64,000 nt of DNA, taken from contig OZ246001.1 of NCBI GenBank assembly GCA_965230295.1, forward strand, positions 1,568,001 to 1,632,000, in the 5' to 3' direction. The notes under the pieces are model-generated. The model did not search any database. It was given only the letters and a program-made list of their open reading frames with translations, and was not told where the DNA came from. The DNA comes from Marinicella sp. GTDB taxonomy: Bacteria; Pseudomonadota; Gammaproteobacteria; Xanthomonadales; Marinicellaceae. The position numbers and the translations under genes were made by a program. Numbering within the stretch: the stretch's first letter is position 1; the number at the start of each line of letters is the position of its first letter. This document shows, one piece after another, positions 29,669-40,269 of this stretch.

Positions 29669-32239
29669 TTAAAAGACGGTCTCAAGTTGATTCAGATTAT
29701 TTTCTGCCAAAATAAGTAACTTGTCAGATTTTTGCAAATTAATTCGCATAATCGGTACAGACTCATCCAATAAGGCCTTGGCTTCTGAATAGTTGTTTTG
29801 TTTAATCAAGGCATAGGCCAGAATCGATTGGGTGATGGTGACATTGTTCCTGGCCTTTCGGTTTTTTTGTTCGAAATATGAAACCAAATCCTCCAGCAAC
29901 TCAGTCGCTTCTGCAATTCGGCCCACTTCAATCAAAGCCAATGCATATTCAACACTCATGATTTTCAAATTGTTTTGGCTGCCATTGTTGTCTCTTATTA
30001 ATTTAAAAGCCTTTTCAAAATAAGACAAAGATTCACTGTGCTTTTTCAAATGTGTAGAAGTAACAGAACCTAAACTGTAGTATTGAACAGACAGACGTAA
30101 AGAGTTTTCACCAAAGTATTTGACTTTAATTTCCAGGGCCTTGTTATAGTGCTCGATTGCTTTAACATATTGACCCAGTGCTTTTTCGATGTTTCCCAGT
30201 AAATGTTCAAATGAAGCAACTCTCAGGTGTTCTGAACCATAGACTTCATCTACGATAACCCTGGCTTTTTCAATGTATTGTTTCGAGAGTTCAAATTGAA
30301 AGTCTCTTTTATAATTTTTTGCTAAGTCATAATAAATATTGGCAAGCCGGATTGATTCATCACTGAAAGAAGATTCAAGTATGTCTCTAATTTCTACAAA
30401 AACTGCCAGCTTCTTTTCCGTATTGCCATATTCTGGATCAATCGATGTATAAAACATAAGGGCGTCAACGTACTCCAGTGAAGCCTTGGTGTGTTGTTCG
30501 ATGGCCCTTTCTGTCAATTGTTTGGCCAGCTCGAGTGCCTGGGCTTCGTCCTCATTAGATTTCAATAATTGAGACTTGATTTGGGTGTATTGGGCATACT
30601 GCTTGTAGTCTTGTAGATTGGGTTGATCAATGTCTTGCAACAATTCATAGGATTCAGATATTTGACCTGTTTTGTGTTTAACTTCAACCATATCAAGCCT
30701 ATGATCCATCATCAGGTATTCATCTTTTATGGCATACATGCTGTCCCACATCCGTTCAGCACCGGAGAAGTCGGATAGATTGAAGTACACTTCACCCACC
30801 ACAGATTTCAGGCGGTTATTGATTTGTGGGTTCAAACCCTTGGAGAGGATCAGGTGTTCAGATTGCTGTAGGATATCTGCGGCGGTTACTTGAGTGCCCA
30901 AAGTTCTGGTCGGGTCTGCCGACTTGAAGGTATCCACCAGGAAGGTGGTGACTTCTTCGGCCACTTGTTTTTCAGTGAGGGCCTTGTCTCTTTCTTCAGA
31001 GATGATCTTCGATTGTTGCCATATCATGACCGAGGAAGTGGCCAACACAGTAAATATGGCCGTCATTGCACTGACCGGTAACCAGTGTTTACGCAATTGC
31101 TTTTTCAGACGGTAAGCCGTTTGGCTTTGTTTGATTTGCAAAGGCTCATGATTCAGGTAATGGTCGATGTCAGCAGCCATCTCTCGTACACTCAGGTACC
31201 GTTCATGTGGTTCTTTCTTTAAGGCATGCGAAACAATGGCATCCAAATCACCCTTGAGTTTGTGGGCCCAGTTAGGGGCGACCAGTTTGGCTTTACTCAG
31301 CAACCGACTGGGTAATGTGGGCAACTCTTGATTGATCACCTGCTCAATCTCACCCCAGGTCTTACCCACCAACTCAAAGGCATGTTGATCAGTCAACATT
31401 TGATACAATAACAAGCCCAACACATACACATCACAAGAGACGGTGATCGGATCGCCGTTGATCTGTTCGGGTGCGGCATATTGCGGTGTTAAGGCTGTGG
31501 TGCCCACAATGGTTTCATGCACTTGATCGGTACCTGGCAGGGTCTTCAGCGGTTTGGCAATACCAAAGTCTAACAATTTCACCTCACCCTGCTCGGTCAC
31601 CAGGATATTACCCGGTTTCAAATCACGGTGCACAATCAAGTTACTGTGAGCAAAGGCCACGGCTTCACAGATTTTTTGAAACAAAGCCAAACGCTCAGTA
31701 AGGCTCAGCTGCTTATGTTGACAATATTGATCAATGGGCTCCCCATCGATGTATTCCATCACGTAGTAGGCTTGCCCTGTTTCACTGCCGGCGTCGATCA
31801 ACCGAGCGATGTTCGGATGTTCTAAGCTGGCCAGAATGCGCCTCTCGGTATCAAAACGGGCCTGTGATTGGGCATCCATGGTGTGGTGATTCAGCACTTT
31901 GATGGCCACTTTTTGGATCACTTCATCATCCCTTTGAGCCAGATACACTTGGCCCATTCCACCGGAACCTAAGGGTTTGATAATTTGGTATTTACCAAAG
32001 GTATCACCGGCTTTAAGTGCGGTTGTATCCACCAGGGAACTGGCAGCAGAATTTTGTGGAGTGATGGTTCGATCAACTGACGACAAGTGGGTATCCACCA
32101 TGCCCTGGACCGTTGTTTTCAAATGTGGTTGCGCAGCGCACAATTTTTCAATGGCCGCTTGAATCTCAGCTGTAGGCAGTTCGATGACTTGGTTGAAAAT
32201 GGCTTTGATTTGTTGCCAATCAGCTGGGGTCAATTCCAT
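29669..32239 (-). CDS. Membrane-anchored Hanks-type Ser/Thr kinase with C-terminal TPR-like region
   Basis: GSGGMGQVY, VAIK, HRDLKPGN, DFG, YAAPEQ, DVYVLG; TM helix; helical repeats after it. Confidence 0.93.
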   Translation of the reverse strand: MELTPADWQQIKAIFNQVIELPTAEIQAAIEKLCAAQPHLKTTVQGMVDTHLSSVDRTITPQNSAASSLVDTTALKAGDTFGKYQIIKPLGSGGMGQVYLAQRDDEVIQKVAIKVLNHHTMDAQSQARFDTERRILASLEHPNIARLIDAGSETGQAYYVMEYIDGEPIDQYCQHKQLSLTERLALFQKICEAVAFAHSNLIVHRDLKPGNILVTEQGEVKLLDFGIAKPLKTLPGTDQVHETIVGTTALTPQYAAPEQINGDPITVSCDVYVLGLLLYQMLTDQHAFELVGKTWGEIEQVINQELPTLPSRLLSKAKLVAPNWAHKLKGDLDAIVSHALKKEPHERYLSVREMAADIDHYLNHEPLQIKQSQTAYRLKKQLRKHWLPVSAMTAIFTVLATSSVMIWQQSKIISEERDKALTEKQVAEEVTTFLVDTFKSADPTRTLGTQVTAADILQQSEHLILSKGLNPQINNRLKSVVGEVYFNLSDFSGAERMWDSMYAIKDEYLMMDHRLDMVEVKHKTGQISESYELLQDIDQPNLQDYKQYAQYTQIKSQLLKSNEDEAQALELAKQLTERAIEQHTKASLEYVDALMFYTSIDPEYGNTEKKLAVFVEIRDILESSFSDESIRLANIYYDLAKNYKRDFQFELSKQYIEKARVIVDEVYGSEHLRVASFEHLLGNIEKALGQYVKAIEHYNKALEIKVKYFGENSLRLSVQYYSLGSVTSTHLKKHSESLSYFEKAFKLIRDNNGSQNNLKIMSVEYALALIEVGRIAEATELLEDLVSYFEQKNRKARNNVTITQSILAYALIKQNNYSEAKALLDESVPIMRINLQKSDKLLILAENNLNQLETVF

Positions 32240-32253
32240 TGAAGATTCCTCGA

Positions 32254-32829
32254 TTATTTATACTGCATCAACAACCAACTGCGAGCAAACTGCCAGTTTC
32301 TGGAGACGGTTGATTCTGAAACGTCCAATACACGGGCCATCTCTGGAATGGTCATGCCACCAAAAATTTTATATTCAACCACCTTGGACGCTTCCTCATC
32401 CACTTTGCTCAGATCCAGTAACAGTTCATCCAACTCAACCCAATTAAACTCATTGGCATTGGGGCTCTCTATCAAATCAGTGACTTTCTCTAAAGTGATG
32501 TGTTGTTCCAAGCCCCCCCTTTTCTGACTCAACTCTGATCGGTAATGATCAACAACCACCCTTCTGATGACTTTGGCTGCAATGGCCAGAAAATGGTCTT
32601 TGTTTTGCCAGTTGACTGATTTTTGGTCGCTGATGCGAATGAAGGCTTCATTGACCAATTCTGTGGTCTGCAAGGCACTGGCTGAATTGGACTTGATTTG
32701 AAAATGAGCAATGCGATGGATATGTGGATACAACAATTGAATCAATTGGTTTTCCACTTTTTCATCACCCTGAGACCAAGCATGCAACATGTCATCAATC
32801 TCAGTTGGGTCAGCTTTTAGATCATTCAT
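32254..32829 (-). CDS. ECF sigma factor of the kinase-associated (ECF43/TIGR02999-like) type
   Basis: LQTTELVNEAF, WQNKDHFLAIAAKVIRRVVVDH, QKRGG, RNWQFARSWL; directly upstream of the kinase. Confidence 0.88.
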   Translation of the reverse strand: MNDLKADPTEIDDMLHAWSQGDEKVENQLIQLLYPHIHRIAHFQIKSNSASALQTTELVNEAFIRISDQKSVNWQNKDHFLAIAAKVIRRVVVDHYRSELSQKRGGLEQHITLEKVTDLIESPNANEFNWVELDELLLDLSKVDEEASKVVEYKIFGGMTIPEMARVLDVSESTVSRNWQFARSWLLMQYK

Positions 32830-33156
32830 CTTTAATGATTATTTGGGTACTTCTGCAACACAATTAAACAAAAATACAGTTCACACATCGACCCAACAAA
32901 TTGAGTCACACAACACTAAGTCTATACATTGTAACCAATTGTATGTACTTTTTTCAGCATTGCATCGAAATTCTTGATCCCAAACCAGCCGCTTAATACC
33001 ATGGTTTGTGCCAAAGATTGGTTTAATTGATGTCATCATCTGTATTGCCAAGGCCGCCTGTCACTTGATGTCGCTCAGATGAATCACTTTTTATCACAGA
33101 CCATTCACGCTGCTGATGAAGCGACGTAGCTCATTAAACCAAGCTAAAACGGTCTG

Positions 33157-35571
33157 TTACAACAGATACAAAATACTGTGCCTTATGCGACGAGAGAGGA
33201 TGTTCTTTGCGCCCTGATACATGGGCTCTAAATTCTCTGAATGGATGATCTTTCCGGCAATGTCAGTCCTGATGATCTGCTCTTCTTTCAACACCGATAT
33301 GAACTGACGGAACAAATTCTTATCAAAAAAGTCGGGTGAATTGAATTCATACAACAACGACAGTTGGCTGGCCACTTGATGGCACAAGGACTCCAATTCT
33401 TTGCTGGTTAGGGTCCCTGAACCCCGGTTTTTCAACAGCGCAATCACAATGAAGAAGCGCTCATAAGTTTGCATCAAGGCATTGGCCAGCACCCGCAGTT
33501 GTGCGGCCTGTAGCGAACCGCCTTTGTGCCGCTCTAAATTTCGCCCGGTTGATACCAGTAAATCCAAATCTTTCAACAATCCCAGAGTTTTTCTGCCATA
33601 CTCAACAAATTCTTCTGTTGTCCATTTGAGGAACAGTTCATTTTTTATGAAAGGGTAGACAATGGCCATCATGCGCAACACTTCTTTGCGCGGTTGTTTT
33701 AAATCATTGACAAAAAACATGGCAATGAAGGAACTGGCAGCAAACAAGTGCAAAACGTTGTTGCGGTAATAAGTCATCAACACACCCATTTCATCTTTGA
33801 CCTGAATGACATCACCCAAAGAGTGTTTAACGCGCTGGATGAAACCAAGAAAGATGCCTTTTTCAATGATTTCATCCACCGATAAAGTGGTCACCGTGGT
33901 GCGCTGAGAATAGGGTAAATCCAAAATGATCTTTTTATACAGTTCAATCTGGTTCCTTAAGTTGGCTTCAGAAGCCGCACGATTCGGGGTAGACAGCAAA
34001 GTCACTGCCAAAAGGTTAATGGGGTTAACATGTGATGCTTCATTGATTTTGGTCAGGATTTGCGTACCTGCATCTGACACCACATTTTTGAACCACTGGG
34101 GTTTTTCTTTAATTTCCAGTTTGACCTCTCGCCAGTCTGGTTTGTGCTTGTCTAACACATCATCCAATTCGATGGGTTCAGAAAAATTCACTGTTAAGCG
34201 ACCATAGTCTTCCTTTAATAACTTGATGGTTTTGAACAGTCCGCCGATTGATTCTTTCTTTTTACCTTTGCCTCCCAGCTCATTTTTATAGGATGCCCCT
34301 TCCATCAATTTTTCATAATTCAATGAAGAAGGCAAAAACACCAGGGGTTTACTGCGTTCATTCAAGTAACTGCGAACCGTCATTGCCAACATGCCAGCCT
34401 TGGGGTGTAACAAACGGCCAGTACGTGATCGGGTGCCTTCGATGAAGTATTCGATCGAAACACCATGGGCTATCAAGGAGCTCAAGTATTCAGAAAATAT
34501 GGTCGAGTAAAGTACCGAATTAAAAGAACGGCGTAAAAAGAAGGCCCCAGACCCCCGCAGGATTCGACCCACCAAAGGTAAGTTTAAATTGATGCCTGCT
34601 GCAATGTGTGGAGGTACGATGCCCCGTTCATACAAGGAGTAAGACAAGATCAAATAATCAATGTGGCTGCGGTGGCATGGGGTATAAATGATTTCTTTTT
34701 CGATGGTGAGGTTTCTGAACTCATCAAAAAAGTTCAGCTTCACCCCATCATAAACCTTGGTCCAGAACCAACGGAATATACCACTCATGAACTTTATCGA
34801 TGAATACGAATAGTCAGCTGCTATTTCACGGATGATTTTCTCAGCTTCTTTTTTTGCTTTTTCTACAGGAATTTTCCGCCGCTCTGCATAACTGTTGATT
34901 TCATGCTGCACACTGGGCCTTTTGATGATGTTTTTGGCAATGGTTCTGCGGTGTGATAAATCTCGTCCCACCACAGCCGTTTTGACCCGGTTGTTATGCA
35001 GCCGCAAAACCCTCGACAGTTTGTGCGACATTTTTTCAGCTTCGTCATCTGAATCATCCAATGTTTGATTCACCACAATGGGTTGGCTGAGTCTGACCAA
35101 TGTGTGCTTGCCGTGTACCAGGAATGAAATGAATTTCCTGAATCGACCAGTGATGCCCCATTTTTCAGAAAATATGACTTTAAATATGCCGTGGTCTCGA
35201 TCTGGTGCGCGCCCTAAAAAGACTGAAATGGGCACCAGTTGTAATTGTTTAGAGGCGTCTGCTTGAATTTGTTTGATGACATCAGTGAGCTGGCTCTCAA
35301 ACTCCTTGTAATCGGTTTTTCGGTTCCAGAACCCAACGGTTTTTTGTGAGGCCAAGATACTTTTGCTGAGGCCAAACTCAGCGTCTAACTTGAAAGGTTT
35401 TGGTAAGTGTCCGCGGTTGATTTCTTCCCACAAGATACTTCTTGAGACCGTTGACTCTGAGGAAAGAACATAAACGAAAGGCATGTCAGGATCGACCCCT
35501 AAACTGGAAAGTTTTTTGGGGCTGTATTCTACTTTTACTCGCAGATAGAGTAACTTACTGAGTAATGACAT
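33157..35571 (-). CDS. plsB: Glycerol-3-phosphate 1-O-acyltransferase
   Basis: 804 aa; CHRSHIDY (HX4D), GAFFLRR, YFIEGTRSRTG. Confidence 0.94.
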   Translation of the reverse strand: MSLLSKLLYLRVKVEYSPKKLSSLGVDPDMPFVYVLSSESTVSRSILWEEINRGHLPKPFKLDAEFGLSKSILASQKTVGFWNRKTDYKEFESQLTDVIKQIQADASKQLQLVPISVFLGRAPDRDHGIFKVIFSEKWGITGRFRKFISFLVHGKHTLVRLSQPIVVNQTLDDSDDEAEKMSHKLSRVLRLHNNRVKTAVVGRDLSHRRTIAKNIIKRPSVQHEINSYAERRKIPVEKAKKEAEKIIREIAADYSYSSIKFMSGIFRWFWTKVYDGVKLNFFDEFRNLTIEKEIIYTPCHRSHIDYLILSYSLYERGIVPPHIAAGINLNLPLVGRILRGSGAFFLRRSFNSVLYSTIFSEYLSSLIAHGVSIEYFIEGTRSRTGRLLHPKAGMLAMTVRSYLNERSKPLVFLPSSLNYEKLMEGASYKNELGGKGKKKESIGGLFKTIKLLKEDYGRLTVNFSEPIELDDVLDKHKPDWREVKLEIKEKPQWFKNVVSDAGTQILTKINEASHVNPINLLAVTLLSTPNRAASEANLRNQIELYKKIILDLPYSQRTTVTTLSVDEIIEKGIFLGFIQRVKHSLGDVIQVKDEMGVLMTYYRNNVLHLFAASSFIAMFFVNDLKQPRKEVLRMMAIVYPFIKNELFLKWTTEEFVEYGRKTLGLLKDLDLLVSTGRNLERHKGGSLQAAQLRVLANALMQTYERFFIVIALLKNRGSGTLTSKELESLCHQVASQLSLLYEFNSPDFFDKNLFRQFISVLKEEQIIRTDIAGKIIHSENLEPMYQGAKNILSRRIRHSILYLL

Positions 35572-35630
35572 GTATTGAGTTTAGCAGATTAGGTCGCCAA
35601 AACAGCAACATTATTGATTGATCAAAGCGG

Positions 35631-35658
35631 AAAAAGGGCCGAGAATCGGCCCTTTTTT
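35631..35658. terminator. Intrinsic terminator
   Basis: AAAAAGGGCCGA-GAA-TCGGCCCTTTTTT. Confidence 0.8.
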
Positions 35659-35679
35659 CTGACTTTTGGAAGTGTGGAT

Positions 35680-36507
35680 TTATTGCTCGCCAACCCAAAC
35701 GCCGTCTTTCTTAACCATGTTCATGGATTGTTTGATGCTTTGACCAAAAATATCAAAACTGACATCCATGGTGGCATTGTCACCATTGACATTAACGTTA
35801 CCAACTTCAACAGAATCCAACATGTCGTCCATTGAAATACCGTAAGCGCCTAACACGTCTTTCAAACCACCAAAGGCAATGGAGCCTTTCGCCAATGCTT
35901 GATCAAAACTCATGTTCTCAACTTCATCCAATGAAGTCATGTCCAAAGCTTTGGCCGTGCTGACTATAGCCGAAATGGCTGCTTTGGTTTTTTCTTCACT
36001 CAGGACGTCGTTTTCTCCAACCCAGTCCATCGCGGCACCGGCCACAGCGGCCATGGTGTCACGTTGATCTGCTGGTAACATGGGGTTTTGTTTGATGCCC
36101 TGGATCATTTGATCTTTACCCATCATGACCATCATGGGTAACATGGCGCGTGCTTGCTCTAATTGAGGTTCAGCCATGGCATACAAGCTGTCTTCTGCAC
36201 CATCGGCAGTCAGCATGCTCATGGTTTGCGCAAACTGGGCTTTATCCGCTTCAGAAAAATTACCGGTTTTATTTTTTTCGAATTCATTAACCAGCTCGTT
36301 GTATTTCTCTTTACTCATTGAGTTTTTAATCAACGATGCCAAGTCGTTAGATTTCATGGCAGCAATAGATGCTTTCAACGCACCATCAGGTGTGTCAGTA
36401 TCCATCATGGCAATTTCTTTTTCTGCTGAATTTTCGTCACCACCACAGGCTGTTAAACCCATCAGTGCAATCAACAAAAGTGACAGTAATTTTAAATGTG
36501 TATTCAT
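35680..36507 (-). CDS. Lipoprotein of unknown function
   Basis: Lipobox LTAC; Met/Ala-rich helical body. Confidence 0.75.
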   Translation of the reverse strand: MNTHLKLLSLLLIALMGLTACGGDENSAEKEIAMMDTDTPDGALKASIAAMKSNDLASLIKNSMSKEKYNELVNEFEKNKTGNFSEADKAQFAQTMSMLTADGAEDSLYAMAEPQLEQARAMLPMMVMMGKDQMIQGIKQNPMLPADQRDTMAAVAGAAMDWVGENDVLSEEKTKAAISAIVSTAKALDMTSLDEVENMSFDQALAKGSIAFGGLKDVLGAYGISMDDMLDSVEVGNVNVNGDNATMDVSFDIFGQSIKQSMNMVKKDGVWVGEQ

Positions 36508-36579
36508 GTGATCCTCTTCAATAAATATAAGTGTAAACCGCGTATTATGTCTCGATTCAGACGATTTAACAAGAATTCA

Positions 36580-37905
36580 CTACAATATGTAGCGACTCAA
36601 ATCTTCATCTTTTGAAAGCTCGCCAACAGCACTGTTAACATGTTCAGCATCGATGATGTACTCTTGTCCTGATTTATCCGGGGCATCAAAGGCCACTTCA
36701 TCCAAGATGTTTTCTAATACCGTATGCAGTCGCCTGGCCCCTATATTTTCCGTTTTTTCATTCACCGACCAAGAAATTTCTGCGATTCGTTTGATGCCAT
36801 CTTCAGAAAATTTAAGCACCACATTTTCAGTACCGATCAAGGCCCGGTACTGCTCAGTCAATGAATGCTCAGGTTCGGTGAGGATGCGCTCAAAGTCTTC
36901 ACTGGTCAGCGCACGCAACTCCACCCTAATGGGTAACCGACCTTGTAATTCCGGAATCAAGTCTGAAGGTTTACTCAAGTGAAATGCACCTGATGCGATG
37001 AACAAAATGTAATCGGTTTTGATCGGGCCATATTTGGTGTTCACTACCGAACCTTCAATCATCGGTAACAGGTCTCTTTGTACCCCTTCACGAGACACTT
37101 GGCCTGAACCACCGACCCCACCACTTTTGGCCACTTTATCAATTTCATCAATAAACACAATACCGTTTTGTTCGGCTTGAGTCAGCGCCTGTTGTCTGAT
37201 TTCTTCTTCATTGATGAGCTTTTGTGCTTCTTGTTCAGCCAGGATGGGCAGGGCTGCTTTGATGGTTAATTTCTTGGTTTGTTGTTTCTTTTTACCCAGG
37301 TTTTCAAACATGCTTTGTAACTGGTCGGTCATTTCTTCCATACCTGGAGGGCCCATGATGTCCACACCCATGTTCATGTTGACCTGAATTTCAATTTCCT
37401 TATCGTCCAACTTGCCTTCGCGTAAACGGGTTAAGAATTTGGCCCGGGTGCTGCTGTCATCCACCGTTTCATCAGGAATGGGCGACTCACGCTTGGGTAA
37501 TAAATAGTCAAGAACCCTTTGTTCTGCGGCGTCTTCGGCTTTTTTGTTGACTTGTTTCATCGCCGTTTCACGGGCTTTTTTCATCGAGGACTCAACCAAG
37601 TCTCGAATGATTGATTCCACGTCTTTGCCCACATAACCCACCTCGGTGAATTTGGTGGCTTCCACTTTGATGAAGGGGGCATCTGCCAATATGGCTAAAC
37701 GCCTGGCAATTTCTGTTTTACCCACTCCAGTGGGCCCTATCATCAAAATGTTTTTGGGGGTGATTTCTTTGGCCATGGCATCATCCAGTTGCATGCGCCG
37801 CCAACGGTTACGCAGTGCAATGGCCACTGATCTTTTGGCATTGTGTTGGCCAATGATGTGTTTGTCCAATTCCTGGACAATTTCTCGGGGAGTCATATTT
37901 GACAT
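36580..37905 (-). CDS. hslU: ATP-dependent protease ATPase subunit HslU
   Basis: [42 protein letters not shown]. Confidence 0.98.
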   Translation of the reverse strand: MSNMTPREIVQELDKHIIGQHNAKRSVAIALRNRWRRMQLDDAMAKEITPKNILMIGPTGVGKTEIARRLAILADAPFIKVEATKFTEVGYVGKDVESIIRDLVESSMKKARETAMKQVNKKAEDAAEQRVLDYLLPKRESPIPDETVDDSSTRAKFLTRLREGKLDDKEIEIQVNMNMGVDIMGPPGMEEMTDQLQSMFENLGKKKQQTKKLTIKAALPILAEQEAQKLINEEEIRQQALTQAEQNGIVFIDEIDKVAKSGGVGGSGQVSREGVQRDLLPMIEGSVVNTKYGPIKTDYILFIASGAFHLSKPSDLIPELQGRLPIRVELRALTSEDFERILTEPEHSLTEQYRALIGTENVVLKFSEDGIKRIAEISWSVNEKTENIGARRLHTVLENILDEVAFDAPDKSGQEYIIDAEHVNSAVGELSKDEDLSRYIL

Positions 37906-37915
37906 AACAATTCCT

Positions 37916-38467
37916 TTATAAATCCAATGTTTCTATGGTCTGGTTGCGGTTGGTGTAAATACAAATGTCGGCAGCAATGTTCAAGGCTTCCTTAACCAAA
38001 CGCTCAGCCGGTAACTGGCTGTTTTTGATCATCGCTAAGGCGGCAGCCTGGGCAAACGGGCCACCTGATCCAATGGCAATCAAACCGTGTTCCGGCTCGA
38101 TCACATCGCCATTACCAGAAATGATCAACGAAGTGGTGTGGTCAGCAACTGCCAACAATGCTTCCAGGCGCCCTAAGCGGCGGTCGGTGCGCCATTCTTT
38201 GGCCATTTCAACCGCAGAACGCACCAAATGCCCGGAATGCTTTTCTAACTTGGCTTCAAACACTTCAAACAAGGTGAAGGCATCTGCCGTGGCACCGGCA
38301 AAACCAGCCAAGACTTCATTGCGGTACAATCGCCTGACTTTTCGGGCGTTGGATTTCATGACGGTGTTGCCCAGGGTAACCTGGCCATCACCGCCAATCA
38401 CAACTTGTTTATCGTCGCGGTAACTGACTATGGTGGTCCCGCGGTAGTTATGCATTGACTCTTTCAT
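37916..38467 (-). CDS. hslV: ATP-dependent protease peptidase subunit HslV
   Basis: TTIVS...[27 protein letters not shown]. Confidence 0.97.
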   Translation of the reverse strand: MKESMHNYRGTTIVSYRDDKQVVIGGDGQVTLGNTVMKSNARKVRRLYRNEVLAGFAGATADAFTLFEVFEAKLEKHSGHLVRSAVEMAKEWRTDRRLGRLEALLAVADHTTSLIISGNGDVIEPEHGLIAIGSGGPFAQAAALAMIKNSQLPAERLVKEALNIAADICIYTNRNQTIETLDL

Positions 38468-38560
38468 GTATGATTTGTACTTAGATAAGCCCTATAAATG
38501 GGTTGTTTTCAGGAAAAATCAAACAATTAATCCTTCAGACAATGTTTTTTTCATCAAGGC

Positions 38561-38593
38561 AAAAAAAAAACACCCAGCCTTGCCGGGTGTTTT
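38561..38593 (-). terminator. Intrinsic terminator
   Basis: A10-CACCCAGC...GCCGGGTGTTTT. Confidence 0.7.
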
Positions 38594-38624
38594 ACTGACA
38601 GGCATTGGTGCCTGAAAACTGTGA

Positions 38625-39140
38625 TCACCAACCTCTTTTGCGTTTGGCTTTTCTGAATCTGCGGTTTCTGGCACGGCTGACGGCCTCTTGATCTTTGATA
38701 CCCGCCCAGTCATCCAGGGTGAAAGGTCCATTCTTGGCATACACCAATCTGGCCCGACAGAAATCTTTGTATTCCATCATTTCCTCTTCAACAGCGTCCA
38801 TGGTGCCATCAATGACGATACAGTCATCCACATAACCGATACCTGGAATGTGATCTGGAATCACGTCGTTGTCATCAATGAAGTATTTGATGGTGGCATT
38901 GATTTTTTCTTTGTTGCTGTCTTCAATGACCCAAGTTTTGTCTTCAACCATGCTGAGCATCATTTGCAAACAACCCACTTGATCAATCACATAACCATCA
39001 TTCACGTTGGCTCGCACTTCTGCCACCTTTTCCATGGCCTCTTTGACATCTGCTGAATCTATATTGGTGCCATGCTCTTCGATGAATTTATTAAAATGTG
39101 CTTTGACCTGATCATCAATATCAATTGAAACGGTAGCCAT
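38625..39140 (-). CDS. YkvA/DUF1232 family protein
   Basis: YFIDDNDVIPDHIPGIGYVDD motif; basic C-terminal tail. Confidence 0.8.
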   Translation of the reverse strand: MATVSIDIDDQVKAHFNKFIEEHGTNIDSADVKEAMEKVAEVRANVNDGYVIDQVGCLQMMLSMVEDKTWVIEDSNKEKINATIKYFIDDNDVIPDHIPGIGYVDDCIVIDGTMDAVEEEMMEYKDFCRARLVYAKNGPFTLDDWAGIKDQEAVSRARNRRFRKAKRKRGW

Positions 39141-39240
39141 AAGTTGTCCTCTGTGAAATTTAATTGGATTATTATAAACAGCCGTGACAATAAATCAAAT
39201 GGCTGTCCTCATGCTTTTATATTATCATTGTCGTAGATCA

Positions 39241-39909
39241 ATGCGAGCAATATTTATCAAAAACACGAGCGTCTCATACTTTAATTACGTTTTGAGTGGT
39301 ATTTTGTTACTCTTGGCAACCCTTTCACTGGCCAAAGAAAGCAATGACCCCACCTCTGCCTTGGTACAGGATGCAGAAAAACAACAACGATTGTTGTTAG
39401 AAAAATATGGCATAAGCCAACACCCCCAATGGACAGCCAAATGTCAATCGATGATCGAATTACTGCAATTAGTGGAGTTCAAGTCATGTCAGGTGTTGGC
39501 CGCAGATTATGCCAATGCCTACTCACTTGCAAACGGCGTGGTGCTCTTGACCGAAGGTTTGCTGGGCAACATCAACAACAACGACCAACTGGCTCATGTT
39601 TTGGCCCATGAACATGCCCACTTATCCCTCAAACATCACCAACAAGCACAACAAATGGTCAACAACCCACCTGTTTTCTTTACCAAATCACGCATGAAAA
39701 AATTTTACCGTCAAATGGAGCAAGACGCTGATTTGGCGGCTAATGAGTTATTGATAAAACACCAGTTGGACCCTTTACAGATTCACCATTATCTGCTGCG
39801 GATTGAAAAAACCACCACAGAACGTTCGGCTGACCATGAAAAACTTAAAAACCGCATTCAGAGGAAAAACCTATCTCCTGAGCATATAGATCCATGGTGG
39901 CAAAAATAA
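39241..39909 (+). CDS. M48 family metallopeptidase
   Basis: NAYSLANG, LAHVLAHEHAH (HExxH), EQDAD; start uncertain. Confidence 0.8.
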   Translation: MRAIFIKNTSVSYFNYVLSGILLLLATLSLAKESNDPTSALVQDAEKQQRLLLEKYGISQHPQWTAKCQSMIELLQLVEFKSCQVLAADYANAYSLANGVVLLTEGLLGNINNNDQLAHVLAHEHAHLSLKHHQQAQQMVNNPPVFFTKSRMKKFYRQMEQDADLAANELLIKHQLDPLQIHHYLLRIEKTTTERSADHEKLKNRIQRKNLSPEHIDPWWQK

Positions 39910-39990
39910 ACCAATCGATATACCGATTTGATTTGATTAAATAAAATTATCATCGGGATTTTCATATTGGATGAATTTTAAAAAAACGCA

Positions 39991-40105
39991 CGTCATTCTG
40001 TGACTTGACCACAGAATCCAGGTAGTATAATTTTGACGCTTATTAAAAGTTTGAATCACTGAAGTACTGTCCGCCTGGATCCTGCGGTCAAGCCGCAGGA
40101 TGACG
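39991..40105. repeat. Inverted doublet of CGTC-type palindromic repeats (family B)
   Basis: CGTCATTCTGTGACTTGACCACAGAATCCAGG ... CCTGGATCCTGCGGTCAAGCCGCAGGATGACG. Confidence 0.85.
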
Positions 40106-40269
40106 AGGAGTTAATTTTGTATAACAAAACTTTACGGGTTTCTGGAACGGGACAAAGTGAAGGCTAAATTATGGATCGGGCTGGGTTGCACAGCAACTCT
40201 TTGCAAGACTCATTCAATAGATGACTAATGGTATGAGTCTAAAGTGATAAATCTCGCTATAATGTATTG

